Positions 29,428 to 39,750 of a DNA stretch of 41,816 nt are shown here, one piece after another. Under the pieces are notes generated by a model. It searched no databases and was not told the origin of the DNA. It saw only the letters and a program-made list of their open reading frames with translations. Source of the stretch: a virus (Duplodnaviria; Heunggongvirae; Uroviricota; Caudoviricetes); the IMG/VR virus record IMGVR_UViG_2636416136_000011. The stretch is one strand, 5' to 3'. Position numbers and translations under genes: made by a program. Positions within the stretch are counted from its first letter, which is position 1, and each line of letters opens with the position of its first letter.

Positions 29428-29622
29428 GTGAAAACGTATAAACCGCTCAAAGGTGAATGCCCTGCTTGCCAAACACAGCTTCTGACACCAAAGCCAAAAC
29501 GATACCAAATCAACGAATGTTATGAGCACTGCCCTGGATGTGGTGCTTTCCTGCATACCATTGCAACGCACTGGCGTGTCCGCTTCAACCTTGTGGTACC
29601 ACGTACGCACAATACCAACTGA
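29428..29622 (+). CDS. Small zinc-ribbon protein
   Basis: 64 aa with CPAC...CPGC pairs; starts with GTG; followed by a terminator. Confidence 0.45.
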   Translation: MKTYKPLKGECPACQTQLLTPKPKRYQINECYEHCPGCGAFLHTIATHWRVRFNLVVPRTHNTN

Positions 29623-29652
29623 ATCATCCATGTAATTGCTGTGTGTAGTCTT

Positions 29653-29680
29653 TGCCCGCCTCACGTGACGGGCTTTTTTA
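29653..29680 (+). terminator. Rho-independent terminator
   Basis: GCCCGCCTCACGTGACGGGC hairpin followed by TTTTTTAT. Confidence 0.55.
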
Positions 29681-29738
29681 TGTCTGAAAGCGCACTCGCA
29701 ACAGCGTGCTCCCCGATATGAAAAAAGGAATACAACCG

Positions 29739-29888
29739 ATGAAACCTGAACACATCCATCGACTGACGGGGCGCGATGTTCTCCGTTATCGCCGTAAAAA
29801 CTTCGATTTGATGACCGGTCTGGCCGTTGCCACTGCGCTCGGTCTGATCATCACTTTCATTCTCCTTGTAGCGAGGACCACAGTATGA
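29739..29888 (+). CDS. Small membrane protein
   Basis: C-terminal TM helix LAVATALGLIITFILLV; AGGAA eight nt before ATG 29739; coupled to the next gene. Confidence 0.4.
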   Translation: MKPEHIHRLTGRDVLRYRRKNFDLMTGLAVATALGLIITFILLVARTTV

Positions 29889-30787
29889 GTTTAGAAACCA
29901 GTCTAGAACTTAATAATCAACTTCTGGCACAACATAATGCGCTGCTTGAACGTCTTATCCGCACAATGGCATCAGGCATTGTTATGCATCCTGACACGAT
30001 TTCACGAGTGCAGGAATGTCGGGATACAGCAACTGAAACTGAAAATATGTCAGCGGCAATGACACTGGATGATCTGGAGTTCAGCGACGTTATCGCACTG
30101 GCTGGTTTCTACCCGGTAGCCACCCCTATCACAGAAGACATGCTGCAACGTGCTGTTGCCTACCGTGATGCTGAAGGCGATAAACGAGTTGTTCAGATTG
30201 ATGCTCTCGACAGCGCATTGCAGGGCGTCAAACGAGCCAGGGCGCTGCTTAAACCTGCTCTCCTGGACCTGTCCCGTAACATCCTTAAGTTCTGGGACGA
30301 CCTGCCAACCATCGGCGAGCGACGTGCTTTTGCCGAGCAGCTACTTGATGCACCTGCAGATGGGCGTGATGAAGTTAAGCCGAAAAAGGCCAGTAACAAA
30401 GATGGAGAACGCACGGGGCCGTTTTACGTCAAAAATGTATCCGGCACAGCAGCCAGTGAACTCCATACCTTACGCAAGTTGAACGAGATGCTTAAAAAAG
30501 GCCATATCGAGATCAACCGTGTTGAGTACCTTCAGCTGCAGGAAGAATTTGCACGCAGAGACGCAGCAAATTCCAGCCAGAATAATGACGCCAAAGATGA
30601 CCATACAATTGATTTCGCGGCACTACGCAAACAAGCTGAAGGGTTGATCCTCCAGTTAGCAAAAGGGGGTTACCGGGCAGAAGCTATTGCAATTCTGGAA
30701 AAACAGGGAGCCAGGAAACTTGGTGAAGTAACGGATGAAAATCTCGCTGAAGTAATCACCCTGGCTGAAAAAGCACTGGAGGGTTAA
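29885..30787 (+). CDS. Hypothetical protein, first large gene of the replication operon
   Basis: 300 aa, no motif recognised; coupled to the downstream nuclease gene. Confidence 0.5.
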   Translation: MSLETSLELNNQLLAQHNALLERLIRTMASGIVMHPDTISRVQECRDTATETENMSAAMTLDDLEFSDVIALAGFYPVATPITEDMLQRAVAYRDAEGDKRVVQIDALDSALQGVKRARALLKPALLDLSRNILKFWDDLPTIGERRAFAEQLLDAPADGRDEVKPKKASNKDGERTGPFYVKNVSGTAASELHTLRKLNEMLKKGHIEINRVEYLQLQEEFARRDAANSSQNNDAKDDHTIDFAALRKQAEGLILQLAKGGYRAEAIAILEKQGARKLGEVTDENLAEVITLAEKALEG

Positions 30788-30789
30788 TC

Positions 30790-32091
30790 ATGCCAGACGT
30801 TCATGCACAACTTTCTCCATCATCAGCGCATCGATGGATGCGCTGCCCAGGAAGTCTGGCGCTGGAGGCCACACAACCGGATAAAGAAACAACTTTTGCA
30901 ATCGAGGGCACTGCAGCGCATGCACTTGCCGAAAAGGTGCTGCGCAACCGCCAGAGCCACCCGGAGCACTATGCAGGTTGCAACGTCGCGATGTTCCTTG
31001 GATCCTATCCTCTTGCTGAGCACCCGGATGATACTTCCGGCCCGCAGGTAGATGAGGAAATGGTCGAAGCCGTTGGTCGTTACGTCGACACTGTTTGGGC
31101 GCTGGCGCAGGGCAATGAGCTGCTGGTCGAGCAGCGTGTCGACTTCTCCCATATAACGGGTGTGGAAGAATCTTTCGGAACTGCCGACAGCATAATCATT
31201 GCTGGTAGCGAATTACAAATCCACGACCTGAAATATGGCAAAGGCGTCCGCATTGATGCAGAACAAAATGAGCAACTACAACTGTATGCTCTGGGTGCGC
31301 TCGAACAATTCAGCATGCTGTATGACTTTGAGACTGTAAGATTATTTATTCACCAGCCGCGGCTTAACCACGTTTCAGAGTGGGCTCTGACGGTGGAAGA
31401 GCTCCAGGCGTTCGGTGAACGGGCACAGGAGGCCGCAACCAGTGCGATCCTTGTTCTCAATATTGCTGAATGCGAAGGCATTGAGACACTACCGCTGGAA
31501 AACTTCATACCTGGAGAAAAACAGTGCCGCTTCTGTAAAGCAAAAGCTATTTGCACTGCCCAGAAAATGCAGCATTTACAAACAGCGGCCAGCGACTTTG
31601 AAGATCTGACAAAGCCTGTCAGCGAAATAATCACCAATGCCAGCGCACGTGTACCTCTGTTAACCATTGAGCAGCTTGCGGAGATCTATAGCCAGACCGA
31701 CTTTATTGAGTCCTGGCTAAAGGCAGTACGGGACCGGGTTCACAATGAACTCAATGCCGGACATCCGGTACCGGGGTTTAAACTGGTAACAGGAAAACAA
31801 GGTAACCGGGCCTGGAGTGATGAAGAGGCAGCTCGCGCACTTCTGAAGGACCAGTTCAGGTACAAAACTGAAGAAGTATTCGACTTTAAACTTATTAGTC
31901 CCACAAAAGCCGAAAAACTTATCAAAAAGGCCAGTCCGCGCCGTTGGTCAAAAGTCGAGGCACTGATAACACGAGCTGATGGTAAACCCACCGTCGTTCC
32001 CGAGTCAGACCCACGCCCCGCACTCAATATCAACCCTGTAAATGATTTCGACGACGTATCCGACGATACGCTAACCGCAGACCTCATCTGA
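30790..32091 (+). CDS. PD-(D/E)XK nuclease, Cas4/RecB-like (DUF2800-type) with Fe-S cysteine cluster
   Basis: N-terminal Cys (RWMRCPGS), IHDLKYGKG and EQLQLYALG motifs, C-terminal [10 protein letters not shown]. Confidence 0.7.
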   Translation: MPDVHAQLSPSSAHRWMRCPGSLALEATQPDKETTFAIEGTAAHALAEKVLRNRQSHPEHYAGCNVAMFLGSYPLAEHPDDTSGPQVDEEMVEAVGRYVDTVWALAQGNELLVEQRVDFSHITGVEESFGTADSIIIAGSELQIHDLKYGKGVRIDAEQNEQLQLYALGALEQFSMLYDFETVRLFIHQPRLNHVSEWALTVEELQAFGERAQEAATSAILVLNIAECEGIETLPLENFIPGEKQCRFCKAKAICTAQKMQHLQTAASDFEDLTKPVSEIITNASARVPLLTIEQLAEIYSQTDFIESWLKAVRDRVHNELNAGHPVPGFKLVTGKQGNRAWSDEEAARALLKDQFRYKTEEVFDFKLISPTKAEKLIKKASPRRWSKVEALITRADGKPTVVPESDPRPALNINPVNDFDDVSDDTLTADLI

Positions 32092-32106
32092 TTTAAGGAA
32101 ATCCCC

Positions 32107-32655
32107 ATGAAACTGAAGCTGAACAATGTTCGTCTGGCCTTCCCGTCTCTGTTTGAAGCTAAAACTGTAAACGGCGAAGGCGATCCGCGTTTCTCCGCAG
32201 TATTTTTAATGTCTCCCAAACACCCACAACTGGAAGAAATCCGTAAAGCTATGAAGCAGGTAGCGAAGGAAAAATGGGGGGAGAAGTGGGAGTCCATTTA
32301 TAACCAGCTGGAGAAAAAACTCAATCTGTGCCTGCATGATGGTGATGAAAAAGCAGAGTATGAAGGCTTTCCCGGCAATTTCTTCCTGAACGCTGCTAAC
32401 AAAGCGCGCCCAGCTGTTCTTGATCGCGATCGTTCGCCACTAATTCAGGCTGATGGACGTCCCTATGCAGGGTGCTATGTAAACGCCGTTATCGATATCT
32501 GGGCACAGGACAATAATTTCGGTAAACGCATTAATGCCTCACTCGGCGGAGTCCAGTTCCTGCGAGACGGCGATGCATTCGCTGGCGGCGGAGTGGCAAG
32601 CGCTGACGATTTCGACGATATCAGCGAAGGTGCTGATGCTGAAGCACTAATTTAA
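32107..32655 (+). CDS. DUF2815-like protein (putative ssDNA-binding replication accessory)
   Basis: 182 aa, N-terminus MKLKLNNVRLAFPSLFEAK; sits between the DUF2800-like nuclease and the polymerase. Confidence 0.55.
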   Translation: MKLKLNNVRLAFPSLFEAKTVNGEGDPRFSAVFLMSPKHPQLEEIRKAMKQVAKEKWGEKWESIYNQLEKKLNLCLHDGDEKAEYEGFPGNFFLNAANKARPAVLDRDRSPLIQADGRPYAGCYVNAVIDIWAQDNNFGKRINASLGGVQFLRDGDAFAGGGVASADDFDDISEGADAEALI

Positions 32656-32665
32656 AAATATTCAT

Positions 32666-32686
32666 CCCCCAGCTGCGTGCTGGGGG
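32666..32686. other. Perfect 8-bp stem-loop CCCCCAGC-TGCGT-GCTGGGGG
   Basis: Seen directly in the intergenic DNA 11 bp after the DUF2815 stop; no clear U-tract. Confidence 0.35.
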
Positions 32687-32706
32687 ATCTCATGAGGGAA
32701 AGAATA

Positions 32707-33345
32707 ATGTCACAGCCCGTATTAACTAATTACCTTAAAACTCAAATCATCAATAACGCACTTGAGAAAGCGGGTATCCCCAAACGTAAATCAGCACTAC
32801 GAGCTGCTCGTGTTGAATGGGCCGAACGTGTTCGGCTTGCAGCTATCGGGGGCGTAGAGAAAGAAGCTGAAATATTAAAAAATATAAAAAAAATAGAAAC
32901 ACTGGTATCAAAATTCCCCGAAGCATTAAAAACCGCCAATAACATTATCAGGGAAGAGTGTTACATGTGTCTGAATCTGGCAGGTTCTCGGGTTACCGTC
33001 TATTTCAACGGTAACTACCGAGGATATGAATCAGGGTCACCAGACCATATTCACAAAATCGCGCCGGGGGAATTTACCCTTCTGGCAAATGACCCTCTAG
33101 TTACAGAGTTTTACGGGTTTGATACACTTTATGAGCAGATACAGAGCGATGAGTCAGACATTCGACAGAATGTCAGCGCTGCACTCAGTAAAGTGCGCAC
33201 AGTTAAGCGCCTGCTGGAAGAGTGGCCTGAAGCTAAAGAACTTCTGCCAGCCGATGCACCATCTGCTCCGCTTCCGCCAGCTATACGACGCGAAACTCTC
33301 AACGAAATGATCGGCCTCCCTTCTGACGAAGGGGTAGATGCTTAA
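32707..33345 (+). CDS. Hypothetical protein
   Basis: About 212 aa; start set at MSQPV with GAGGGAAAG upstream. Confidence 0.45.
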   Translation: MSQPVLTNYLKTQIINNALEKAGIPKRKSALRAARVEWAERVRLAAIGGVEKEAEILKNIKKIETLVSKFPEALKTANNIIREECYMCLNLAGSRVTVYFNGNYRGYESGSPDHIHKIAPGEFTLLANDPLVTEFYGFDTLYEQIQSDESDIRQNVSAALSKVRTVKRLLEEWPEAKELLPADAPSAPLPPAIRRETLNEMIGLPSDEGVDA

Positions 33346-33412
33346 TATTTCTTATAACAAAGGCTGGCTTAAGAAAATAGTTATCCAAACCAGCCTACCG
33401 CAATACTAAAAA

Positions 33413-33682
33413 TTAAAATTCATTGAATTTAAAAAGACATTTCCCTATTGGATTGCCATAGTCTCTACATACCGAAATGCTGTCCCATACAGGCTGAGCC
33501 AAACACCCAAGAAAGAACCCAATAAGCGCAAAAATTATAATTTTGGGAAGAACACGATCCTTAGGACCTTCTTCACGTTCGAGCCATGCGCCACCAGCCC
33601 GAACTATTCTCCCTAAAATATAAAGAATGGGGAAAGCAATAATACCTATCAATGAAAGTATTCCGATACCAAAGCTAAACAC
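33413..33682 (-). CDS. Small two-TM membrane protein, antisense to the replication operon (cargo candidate)
   Basis: 89 aa with two hydrophobic helices (IGILSLIGIIAFPILYIL and IIIFALIGFFLGCLA); A+T-rich local DNA. Confidence 0.5.
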   Translation of the reverse strand: MFSFGIGILSLIGIIAFPILYILGRIVRAGGAWLEREEGPKDRVLPKIIIFALIGFFLGCLAQPVWDSISVCRDYGNPIGKCLFKFNEF

Positions 33683-33738
33683 CGCCGTCTCCTTGTTTAT
33701 TTACACCTACATAACCATATATCACACAAGGTTATTTT

Positions 33739-35802
33739 ATGTCCAATATACTATGGGGTGACCTAGAAACCTATTGCGAAATCCCTATTACGAACGGTAC
33801 CCATGCGTATGCCGAAGGCGTTGAAGTGATGCTGTTCGCATGGGCTATCAACGACGAGCCCGTAAACGTGTGGGATATCACTGCCGGTGGTGGTATTCCA
33901 CACGGCTTATACGAAGCAATCGCAGCCCCTGAAACCCTGCTTTATTTTCATAACTCTCACTTCGACCGCACCGTCCTGCGTTATGCAATGCCGCGCCTGG
34001 CACCGCCAGTCGAACGTTGGCGCGACACAATGGTGCAGGCGCTGGCGCACGGTCTCCCGGGGTCTCTGGGGGAACTCTGCGAAGTACTAGGCGTCCCGCA
34101 AGACAAAGCGAAGGACAAAGAAGGTAAAGCGCTGATCCAGCTGTTCTGTAAGCCACGCCCGAAAAACAGCAAACTGCGCCGGGCCACCAGCAAAACCCAC
34201 CCGGAAGAATGGCGGCGCTTTGTTGCTTACGCCGGACTGGATATCGAGGCAATGCGCGAAGTCTATAAACGTCTGCCGAAGTGGAATTATCAGGGGACAG
34301 AACTGGCGCTCTGGCATCGTGATCAGCAGATCAACGACCGGGGCGTCTGCATGGACATTCAACTCGCGCGCGCTGCGATCGAAGCGGTAGACCAGGAGCA
34401 AAAGCGCCTGGCAAAGCGTACACAGGAAATGACTGATGGCGAAGTGCAGGCAGCAACACAACGGGACGCGTTGATTAAGCACATCGTTGAATCCTACGGT
34501 GTGGAGCTACCAGACATGCAACGCAGTACTCTGGAACGTCGTATAGCCGACCCCGATTTACCATCTGCCGTGAAAGAACTGCTGGCTATCCGCCTGCAGG
34601 CCAGTACTACCAGCACCAGTAAATACAAGGCACTGATGAAAGGCGTAAGCCACGACGGGCGCTTACGCGGTACGCTACAGTTCTGCGGGGCGTCACGTAC
34701 CGGTCGTTGGGCCGGACGGCTATTCCAGCCCCAGAACCTTCCCCGCCCTTCACTAAAACAGGAACAAATAGACGAAGGCATCGAAGCACTGAAAGCCGGA
34801 TGTGCAGACCTGCTGTTTGACAATATCATGGAACTAACCAGTTCAGCGTTACGTGGCTGCATTATCGCGCCAACAGGCAAAAAACTGGTGGTAAGTGACT
34901 TGTCGAACATTGAAGGCCGTATGCTGGCATGGCTGGCGGGAGAAGAATGGAAACTGAATGCATTCAGAGAGTACGACGCCGGAACGGGTCCGGACTTATA
35001 TAAACTGGCGTATGCAAAAGCTTTCGATATTGCACCAGATGATGTTGATAAACACATGCGTCAGATCGGTAAAGTCATGGAACTCGGTCTGGGTTATGGA
35101 GGTGGTGTATCGGCTTTCATCACTTTTGCTCTGGTTTACGGTCTCGATCTCGACGAGCTGGCGAACGCCGCACTGCCAAACATTCCCCGCGATGTTATCC
35201 GCGAGGCGAAAAGCTGGTACAACGAATCGGTTAAACGTAAGTCGACCTTTGGCCTGTCCGAGCGTGTATTCATCGCATGTGACTCGCTCAAGCGCCTGTG
35301 GCGCAGGGCGCACCCGGCGACCTGCGATTTCTGGTACGAACTGGAGCGCACCGTCCGCACTGCAATCGCCACACCGCAAAAAACATTGTATTGCGGTTAT
35401 CTTAAAATCCGCCGCGATGGCGCGTGGCTGCGCATACAGCTACCATCCGGACGCGCTGTATGCTACCCCTCTCCGGTTATCGAAAAAGGGAATATCACCT
35501 ATATGGGTGTTAACTCTTATTCGCGTAAATGGCAACGACTCAAAACCTACGGCGGAAAGCTGGTAGAGAACGTCACCCAGGCGGCCGCCCGCGACGTTCT
35601 GGCCGGAAACATGCCGCTTATCGAAGATGCCGGTTACAGCATTGTGCTGACGGTACACGACGAGGTGATCACCGAAGCACCTGACACAGAAGATTTCAAC
35701 GATAAAGCGCTTTCCGCGCTTCTCTCCACTAACCCCGAATGGGCGCCCGATATCCCACTGAACGCTGGCGGTTTTGAGGCGTACCACTACCGTAAGGATT
35801 AA
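33739..35802 (+). CDS. Family A DNA polymerase with N-terminal 3'-5' exonuclease domain
   Basis: Exo motif WGDLETY; polymerase motif [17 protein letters not shown], motif [17 protein letters not shown], motif C LTVHDEVI. Confidence 0.85.
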   Translation: MSNILWGDLETYCEIPITNGTHAYAEGVEVMLFAWAINDEPVNVWDITAGGGIPHGLYEAIAAPETLLYFHNSHFDRTVLRYAMPRLAPPVERWRDTMVQALAHGLPGSLGELCEVLGVPQDKAKDKEGKALIQLFCKPRPKNSKLRRATSKTHPEEWRRFVAYAGLDIEAMREVYKRLPKWNYQGTELALWHRDQQINDRGVCMDIQLARAAIEAVDQEQKRLAKRTQEMTDGEVQAATQRDALIKHIVESYGVELPDMQRSTLERRIADPDLPSAVKELLAIRLQASTTSTSKYKALMKGVSHDGRLRGTLQFCGASRTGRWAGRLFQPQNLPRPSLKQEQIDEGIEALKAGCADLLFDNIMELTSSALRGCIIAPTGKKLVVSDLSNIEGRMLAWLAGEEWKLNAFREYDAGTGPDLYKLAYAKAFDIAPDDVDKHMRQIGKVMELGLGYGGGVSAFITFALVYGLDLDELANAALPNIPRDVIREAKSWYNESVKRKSTFGLSERVFIACDSLKRLWRRAHPATCDFWYELERTVRTAIATPQKTLYCGYLKIRRDGAWLRIQLPSGRAVCYPSPVIEKGNITYMGVNSYSRKWQRLKTYGGKLVENVTQAAARDVLAGNMPLIEDAGYSIVLTVHDEVITEAPDTEDFNDKALSALLSTNPEWAPDIPLNAGGFEAYHYRKD

Positions 35803-35807
35803 TCGCT

Positions 35808-36011
35808 ATGACTGTAATCAAAACGCATACCGGAACGGTTATTACCCGCACCGGTGAAAAGCAGGTGCAATTGCATCAAAACGCGACAACGTGGGTGGCT
35901 GGCCCAAAAGAGTATTACTACAAAGACACTGGCCGCCGCGGTGGTGCTGTCGGTGTCCGCACTCGTCTGGTGCTGAGCAGCATCCGCCCAATCGAAGCAA
36001 AGCAGGAGTAA
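35808..36011 (+). CDS. Hypothetical small protein
   Basis: 67 aa; AAGGA upstream of the ATG. Confidence 0.4.
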   Translation: MTVIKTHTGTVITRTGEKQVQLHQNATTWVAGPKEYYYKDTGRRGGAVGVRTRLVLSSIRPIEAKQE

Positions 36012-36016
36012 CCCCT

Positions 36017-36238
36017 ATGTCATTTAAATATCGGGACAGTCCGCTTTATTACCGGGCTGCGAGGGAGGCCTTGCGCCTTGAGCAGTCCGGCGAATATGAC
36101 CGGGCAGCGAAGGTCTGGGCCAAGGCTAACCGCCAGTCACGTAACGAACTGAATCAGGACTGGAGCGAACGCCGGTCTGATTTTTGTCTGATGCAGAACA
36201 TGCGCGAAAAGCGTAAGGCGGTGAGCGATGACTTGTGA
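36017..36238 (+). CDS. Hypothetical small protein
   Basis: 73 aa from ATG 36017 with GGAGTAA upstream (the listed ORF starts further upstream in the same frame). Confidence 0.4.
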   Translation: MSFKYRDSPLYYRAAREALRLEQSGEYDRAAKVWAKANRQSRNELNQDWSERRSDFCLMQNMREKRKAVSDDL

Positions 36239-36710
36239 GCAGACCATTCTTGACATGTGCTGCGGCTCTCGTATGTTTTGGTTCGACAAGGAGGACAAGC
36301 GCGCCGTGTTCAGTGATATCCGCGCCGAGCAGCATGAGCTTTGCGACGGTCGCCAGTTGGTTATAAGTCCGGACCTTATAGCTGATTTCCGCGCCCTTCC
36401 CTTTGCCGATAACACTTTCCCTGTCGTCGTTTTCGATCCGCCGCACCTCGAGCGCGTCGGCGATAACGCATGGATGAGGAAAAAGTACGGGCGGCTCAAC
36501 AAAGAAACATGGCGCGATGATCTTCGCGACGGCTTCGCCGAAGCATTCAGGGTATTGCGGCCCCACGGTGTACTCATATTCAAATGGAACGAAACGCAGA
36601 TCCCGGTAAGCAATATCTTGGCGCTGACCGACGAGAAGCCGGCCATATGGCAACGAACCGGAAAAGCCGACAAAACCCACTGGGTTATTTTCGTCAAAGG
36701 TGTGGAATGA
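36228..36710 (+). CDS. Small DNA methyltransferase (N6-adenine or N4-cytosine type, DPPH motif)
   Basis: Motif I-like ILDMCCGSRMFWF and motif IV VVFDPPH. Confidence 0.6.
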   Translation: MTCEQTILDMCCGSRMFWFDKEDKRAVFSDIRAEQHELCDGRQLVISPDLIADFRALPFADNTFPVVVFDPPHLERVGDNAWMRKKYGRLNKETWRDDLRDGFAEAFRVLRPHGVLIFKWNETQIPVSNILALTDEKPAIWQRTGKADKTHWVIFVKGVE

Positions 36711-37003
36711 TGGCCTACGAACGTGAAAGCCTTATCGAAAAGCACCTCGTCGCCGAAGTGAAAAAGGCTGGCGGGGTCGCCTTTAAGTTCGTGTCACCCG
36801 GTCGCCGCTCGGTACCGGATCGCATTGTCCTGCTACCCGGCGGTCGCATCGTCTTTGTCGAATGCAAAGCGCCAAGCAAACCACCACGGCCTGACCAGTT
36901 ACGCGAGCACGAACGGCTGCGCGCGTTGGGCTTTACCGTGGTGGTATTAGATAGCAAAAATCTGGAGGGGATATTGTGCGGGGAGCCTATTACAACGAAA
37001 TAG
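36707..37003 (+). CDS. VRR-NUC domain nuclease
   Basis: About 98 aa with PD-(D/E)XK-type core PDRIVLLPGGRIVFVECKAPS; start overlaps the methyltransferase stop. Confidence 0.6.
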   Translation: MMAYERESLIEKHLVAEVKKAGGVAFKFVSPGRRSVPDRIVLLPGGRIVFVECKAPSKPPRPDQLREHERLRALGFTVVVLDSKNLEGILCGEPITTK

Positions 37004-38004
37004 ACCCTAACGCAGCACAATGGCTGCGTAACCTTATTGCTGCAGGTCATATCGCCCCGGGTGAAGTTGATGAAAGGAGTATCGAAGATGTCGCACCAGA
37101 CGACTTGCGCGGATTCACACAGTGCCATTTCTTCGCCGGGATCGGCGTCTGGTCTTATGCTCTGCGTCTGGCCGGATGGCCGGATAACAAACCGGTCTGG
37201 ACAGGAAGTTGCCCGTGCCAGCCTTTCAGCTCGGCTGGTAAAGGCGCTGGGTTTGATGACGAGCGGCACCTATGGCCAGCACTATTCCACCTCATCAGCG
37301 AGCGACGCCCTAAGCTGGTATTTGGCGAACAGGTTGCGGGAGTCAATGCCTGGTTCGATCTTGTACAAACTGACGTGGAAGCAGTGGACTACGCCTTTGG
37401 GCTTGTCCCGTTTCCGGCTGCGGGCGTCGGTGCCCCGCATATCCGAGATAGAGCGTATTGGGTGGCCGACGCCAGCGGCGAGCGATCACAGCGGTGGCGA
37501 AAGCGCCTCAATAGCATTGAGGAAGATGTCTGGAGATCGTCGACCGTCCGGCAACACGCTACACAGCTCCCTGCGGAATTTTGCTCACCTAGCGGGGTGG
37601 TACACCCCAACCTGCAACACAAACCCACAGCCGGAGACAAAACGCGGTCTAGAAACCTTAGCGGGACTATCCAGATTAGCGGGATGGCCGACAGTGACGA
37701 CGATCGACAACAACCAAGTTCGTGCCGAGGGCGCAGCGGCCAATCATACCGAACGGGGAACGACCCTCGGCGGCGCTGCGAGAATCTGCGGCCCAATACG
37801 ATTAACGGCTGCTGGGATGGTGCTGACTGGCTCCTCTGCCGGGATGGTCGCTGGCGGCCAGTTGAATCCGGCACATGCCCGTTGGCTAATGGGATTACCT
37901 CCAGAGTGGGACGACTGCGCGCCTACGGCAACGCGATAGTCGCACCAGCTGCCGCAACATTCATCCGCTCGTTTATGGAATGCGCAGGATACGACCTTAT
38001 TTAA
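36976..38004 (+). CDS. DNA (cytosine-5) methyltransferase, Dcm-like
   Basis: Motif I FFAGIGVW, motif [15 protein letters not shown], motif VI FGEQV, motif [13 protein letters not shown] and C-terminal YGNAIV, all in one frame. Confidence 0.8.
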   Translation: MRGAYYNEIDPNAAQWLRNLIAAGHIAPGEVDERSIEDVAPDDLRGFTQCHFFAGIGVWSYALRLAGWPDNKPVWTGSCPCQPFSSAGKGAGFDDERHLWPALFHLISERRPKLVFGEQVAGVNAWFDLVQTDVEAVDYAFGLVPFPAAGVGAPHIRDRAYWVADASGERSQRWRKRLNSIEEDVWRSSTVRQHATQLPAEFCSPSGVVHPNLQHKPTAGDKTRSRNLSGTIQISGMADSDDDRQQPSSCRGRSGQSYRTGNDPRRRCENLRPNTINGCWDGADWLLCRDGRWRPVESGTCPLANGITSRVGRLRAYGNAIVAPAAATFIRSFMECAGYDLI

Positions 38005-38321
38005 TGCCACTCACATCTGGCATGATACCGTCCAGAAGGTAATTGCTTATATACAACGGAGCCGCCCATGGCATAAGTATAAGCATGAAGTTTTGTCCAG
38101 AAGTCCCCATAAACTAGTATTGGGGCTAAAAATTTTGGATCGCTAACCATAGATGTAGCAGGAAGCTCGAAACCTTTAGAAAGAATGTTTACCAGTGAAG
38201 GGTAATTTTCAAAATCAGTGCTATTCCCGCCCACCTCTAAAGCATCCAGTTCAAAGTCGAGCACTCCACCATTTTTGTAATACTCCGGAACAGTTAACCC
38301 TGATGTTAACAAAGTAGCCAT
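38001..38321 (-). CDS. Hypothetical protein, antisense A+T-rich insert with strong RBS (cargo candidate)
   Basis: 106 aa; AGGAGG eight nt upstream of the ATG on the minus strand; no motif recognised. Confidence 0.5.
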   Translation of the reverse strand: MATLLTSGLTVPEYYKNGGVLDFELDALEVGGNSTDFENYPSLVNILSKGFELPATSMVSDPKFLAPILVYGDFWTKLHAYTYAMGGSVVYKQLPSGRYHARCEWH

Positions 38322-38355
38322 TAAACAATCCTCCTGAATTTTAAAGGGTTACATT

Positions 38356-39750
38356 ATGCCCAAAGTTTTCACGCCTCGCCCCTACCAAGATCTAATTATC
38401 AACCACGAAATCGACATTCACCGCTGCAACATCTGGGCAGGGATGGGGATGGGTAAAACCGTAGCGACACTCACCACGCTGGAAGATCTTTTCATGGCGG
38501 GCTCAGAGACACAGCCCGCGCTGGTCCTCGCGCCCCTACGCGTTGCAGCAAGCACATGGCCGGATGAAGCGCTGAAATGGGGGCATCTGCGCAATATCGA
38601 GGTGCAGCCGATTGTTGGTAACGCCAAAGCACGCTCTGCAGCGCTGGCGAACAGCAACGCGAGCGTGTTCACCATCAACTACGATAACCTTGTCTGGCTG
38701 GTTGAGGAATTGGGAGAACGATGGCCGTTCGGTACTGTCATTCCAGATGAAAGCACCCGGCTAAAATCCTTCCGGCTGCGAGGTGGTGGTAAGCGCGCGG
38801 CGGCGCTGGGCAAAGTGGCGCATAAGTATGTCCAGCGCTGGATAAATCTCACCGGTACGCCAGCACCGAACGGCCTGGTAGATTTGTGGGGACAATTGTG
38901 GTTTGTGGACCAGGGGCAACGTCTCGGGCGCACTTACGGCGCGTTTACCTCACGCTGGTTCAACTCGATACAGTTTCCGGGGCAGAGCTGGACCAAACTG
39001 GAGCCGTTTGCTCACTCACATGCTGAAATACAGCGAGCGTTAGCCGATGTGACCCTCTCGCTGGATGCGGCCGACTGGTTCGATATCAAAGACCCCATCC
39101 ATAACGTAATCCGCGTGGATATGCCGCCGAAGGCCCGTCAGCAGTATCGTGAAATGGAAAAGGAAATGTTCCTCGAGCTGAACGGCGAAGGCATCGAAGC
39201 ACCAAACGCCGCGGCAAAGACACTGAAGTGTCTGCAAATCGCCAGTGGCGCAGTATACACAGACGACACCGGAAGTTGGTCAGAACTGCATGACACCAAA
39301 CTACAAGCGCTGGACAGCATACTGACCGAAGCAGCTGGCGCACCTGTGCTGGTTGCTTATCACTGGAAACACGATCTTGAACGCTTGCTTAAAGCATTCC
39401 CTCGCGGTCGTCACCTCGACCAAGATCCACAGACACTGCGCGACTGGAATTCCGGAAAGATTCCTGTTCTCTTTGCACACCCAGCCAGCGCGGGCCACGG
39501 TCTGAACATGCAGGACGGCGGAAACATACTGGTATTTTTCTCACACTGGTGGGACCTGGAGCAGTATCAGCAAATTATTGAACGTATCGGCCCCACCAGG
39601 CAGATACAGGCCGGACACAATCGTCCGGTATTTATTCACCACATTATTGCGGCCGACACTATGGACGAAATGGTGATGGAGCGGCGCAACTCAAAACGAA
39701 CAGTGCAGGACATCCTGCTCGATGCCATGAAAAAGAGAGGTATAGCATGA
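38356..39750 (+). CDS. Superfamily-2 (SNF2/DEAD-like) helicase
   Basis: Walker A AGMGMGKTV, motif II VIPDEST, C-terminal helicase-like region (HPASAGHGLNMQ). Confidence 0.7.
   Translation: MPKVFTPRPYQDLIINHEIDIHRCNIWAGMGMGKTVATLTTLEDLFMAGSETQPALVLAPLRVAASTWPDEALKWGHLRNIEVQPIVGNAKARSAALANSNASVFTINYDNLVWLVEELGERWPFGTVIPDESTRLKSFRLRGGGKRAAALGKVAHKYVQRWINLTGTPAPNGLVDLWGQLWFVDQGQRLGRTYGAFTSRWFNSIQFPGQSWTKLEPFAHSHAEIQRALADVTLSLDAADWFDIKDPIHNVIRVDMPPKARQQYREMEKEMFLELNGEGIEAPNAAAKTLKCLQIASGAVYTDDTGSWSELHDTKLQALDSILTEAAGAPVLVAYHWKHDLERLLKAFPRGRHLDQDPQTLRDWNSGKIPVLFAHPASAGHGLNMQDGGNILVFFSHWWDLEQYQQIIERIGPTRQIQAGHNRPVFIHHIIAADTMDEMVMERRNSKRTVQDILLDAMKKRGIA

Noticed and set aside
29177-29664. Minus-strand ORFs (29177..29404, 29286..29513, 29371..29664) across the region after the repressor gene
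   Set aside because: They overlap one another and the plus-strand zinc-ribbon gene and terminator, with no start signals; the region is more likely regulatory or non-coding
36126-37269. Minus-strand ORFs (36126..36680, 36137..36745, 36715..37269) opposite the methyltransferase / VRR-NUC genes
   Set aside because: They are antisense to three motif-supported, overlapping plus-strand genes; shadow ORFs
37037-37939. Alternative 300-aa frame overlapping the Dcm-like gene, suggesting a possible frameshifted pseudogene
   Set aside because: All recognisable C5-methyltransferase motifs (I, IV PCQ, VI, VIII and C-terminal GNAIV) are in the single frame 36976..38004, so the gene looks intact
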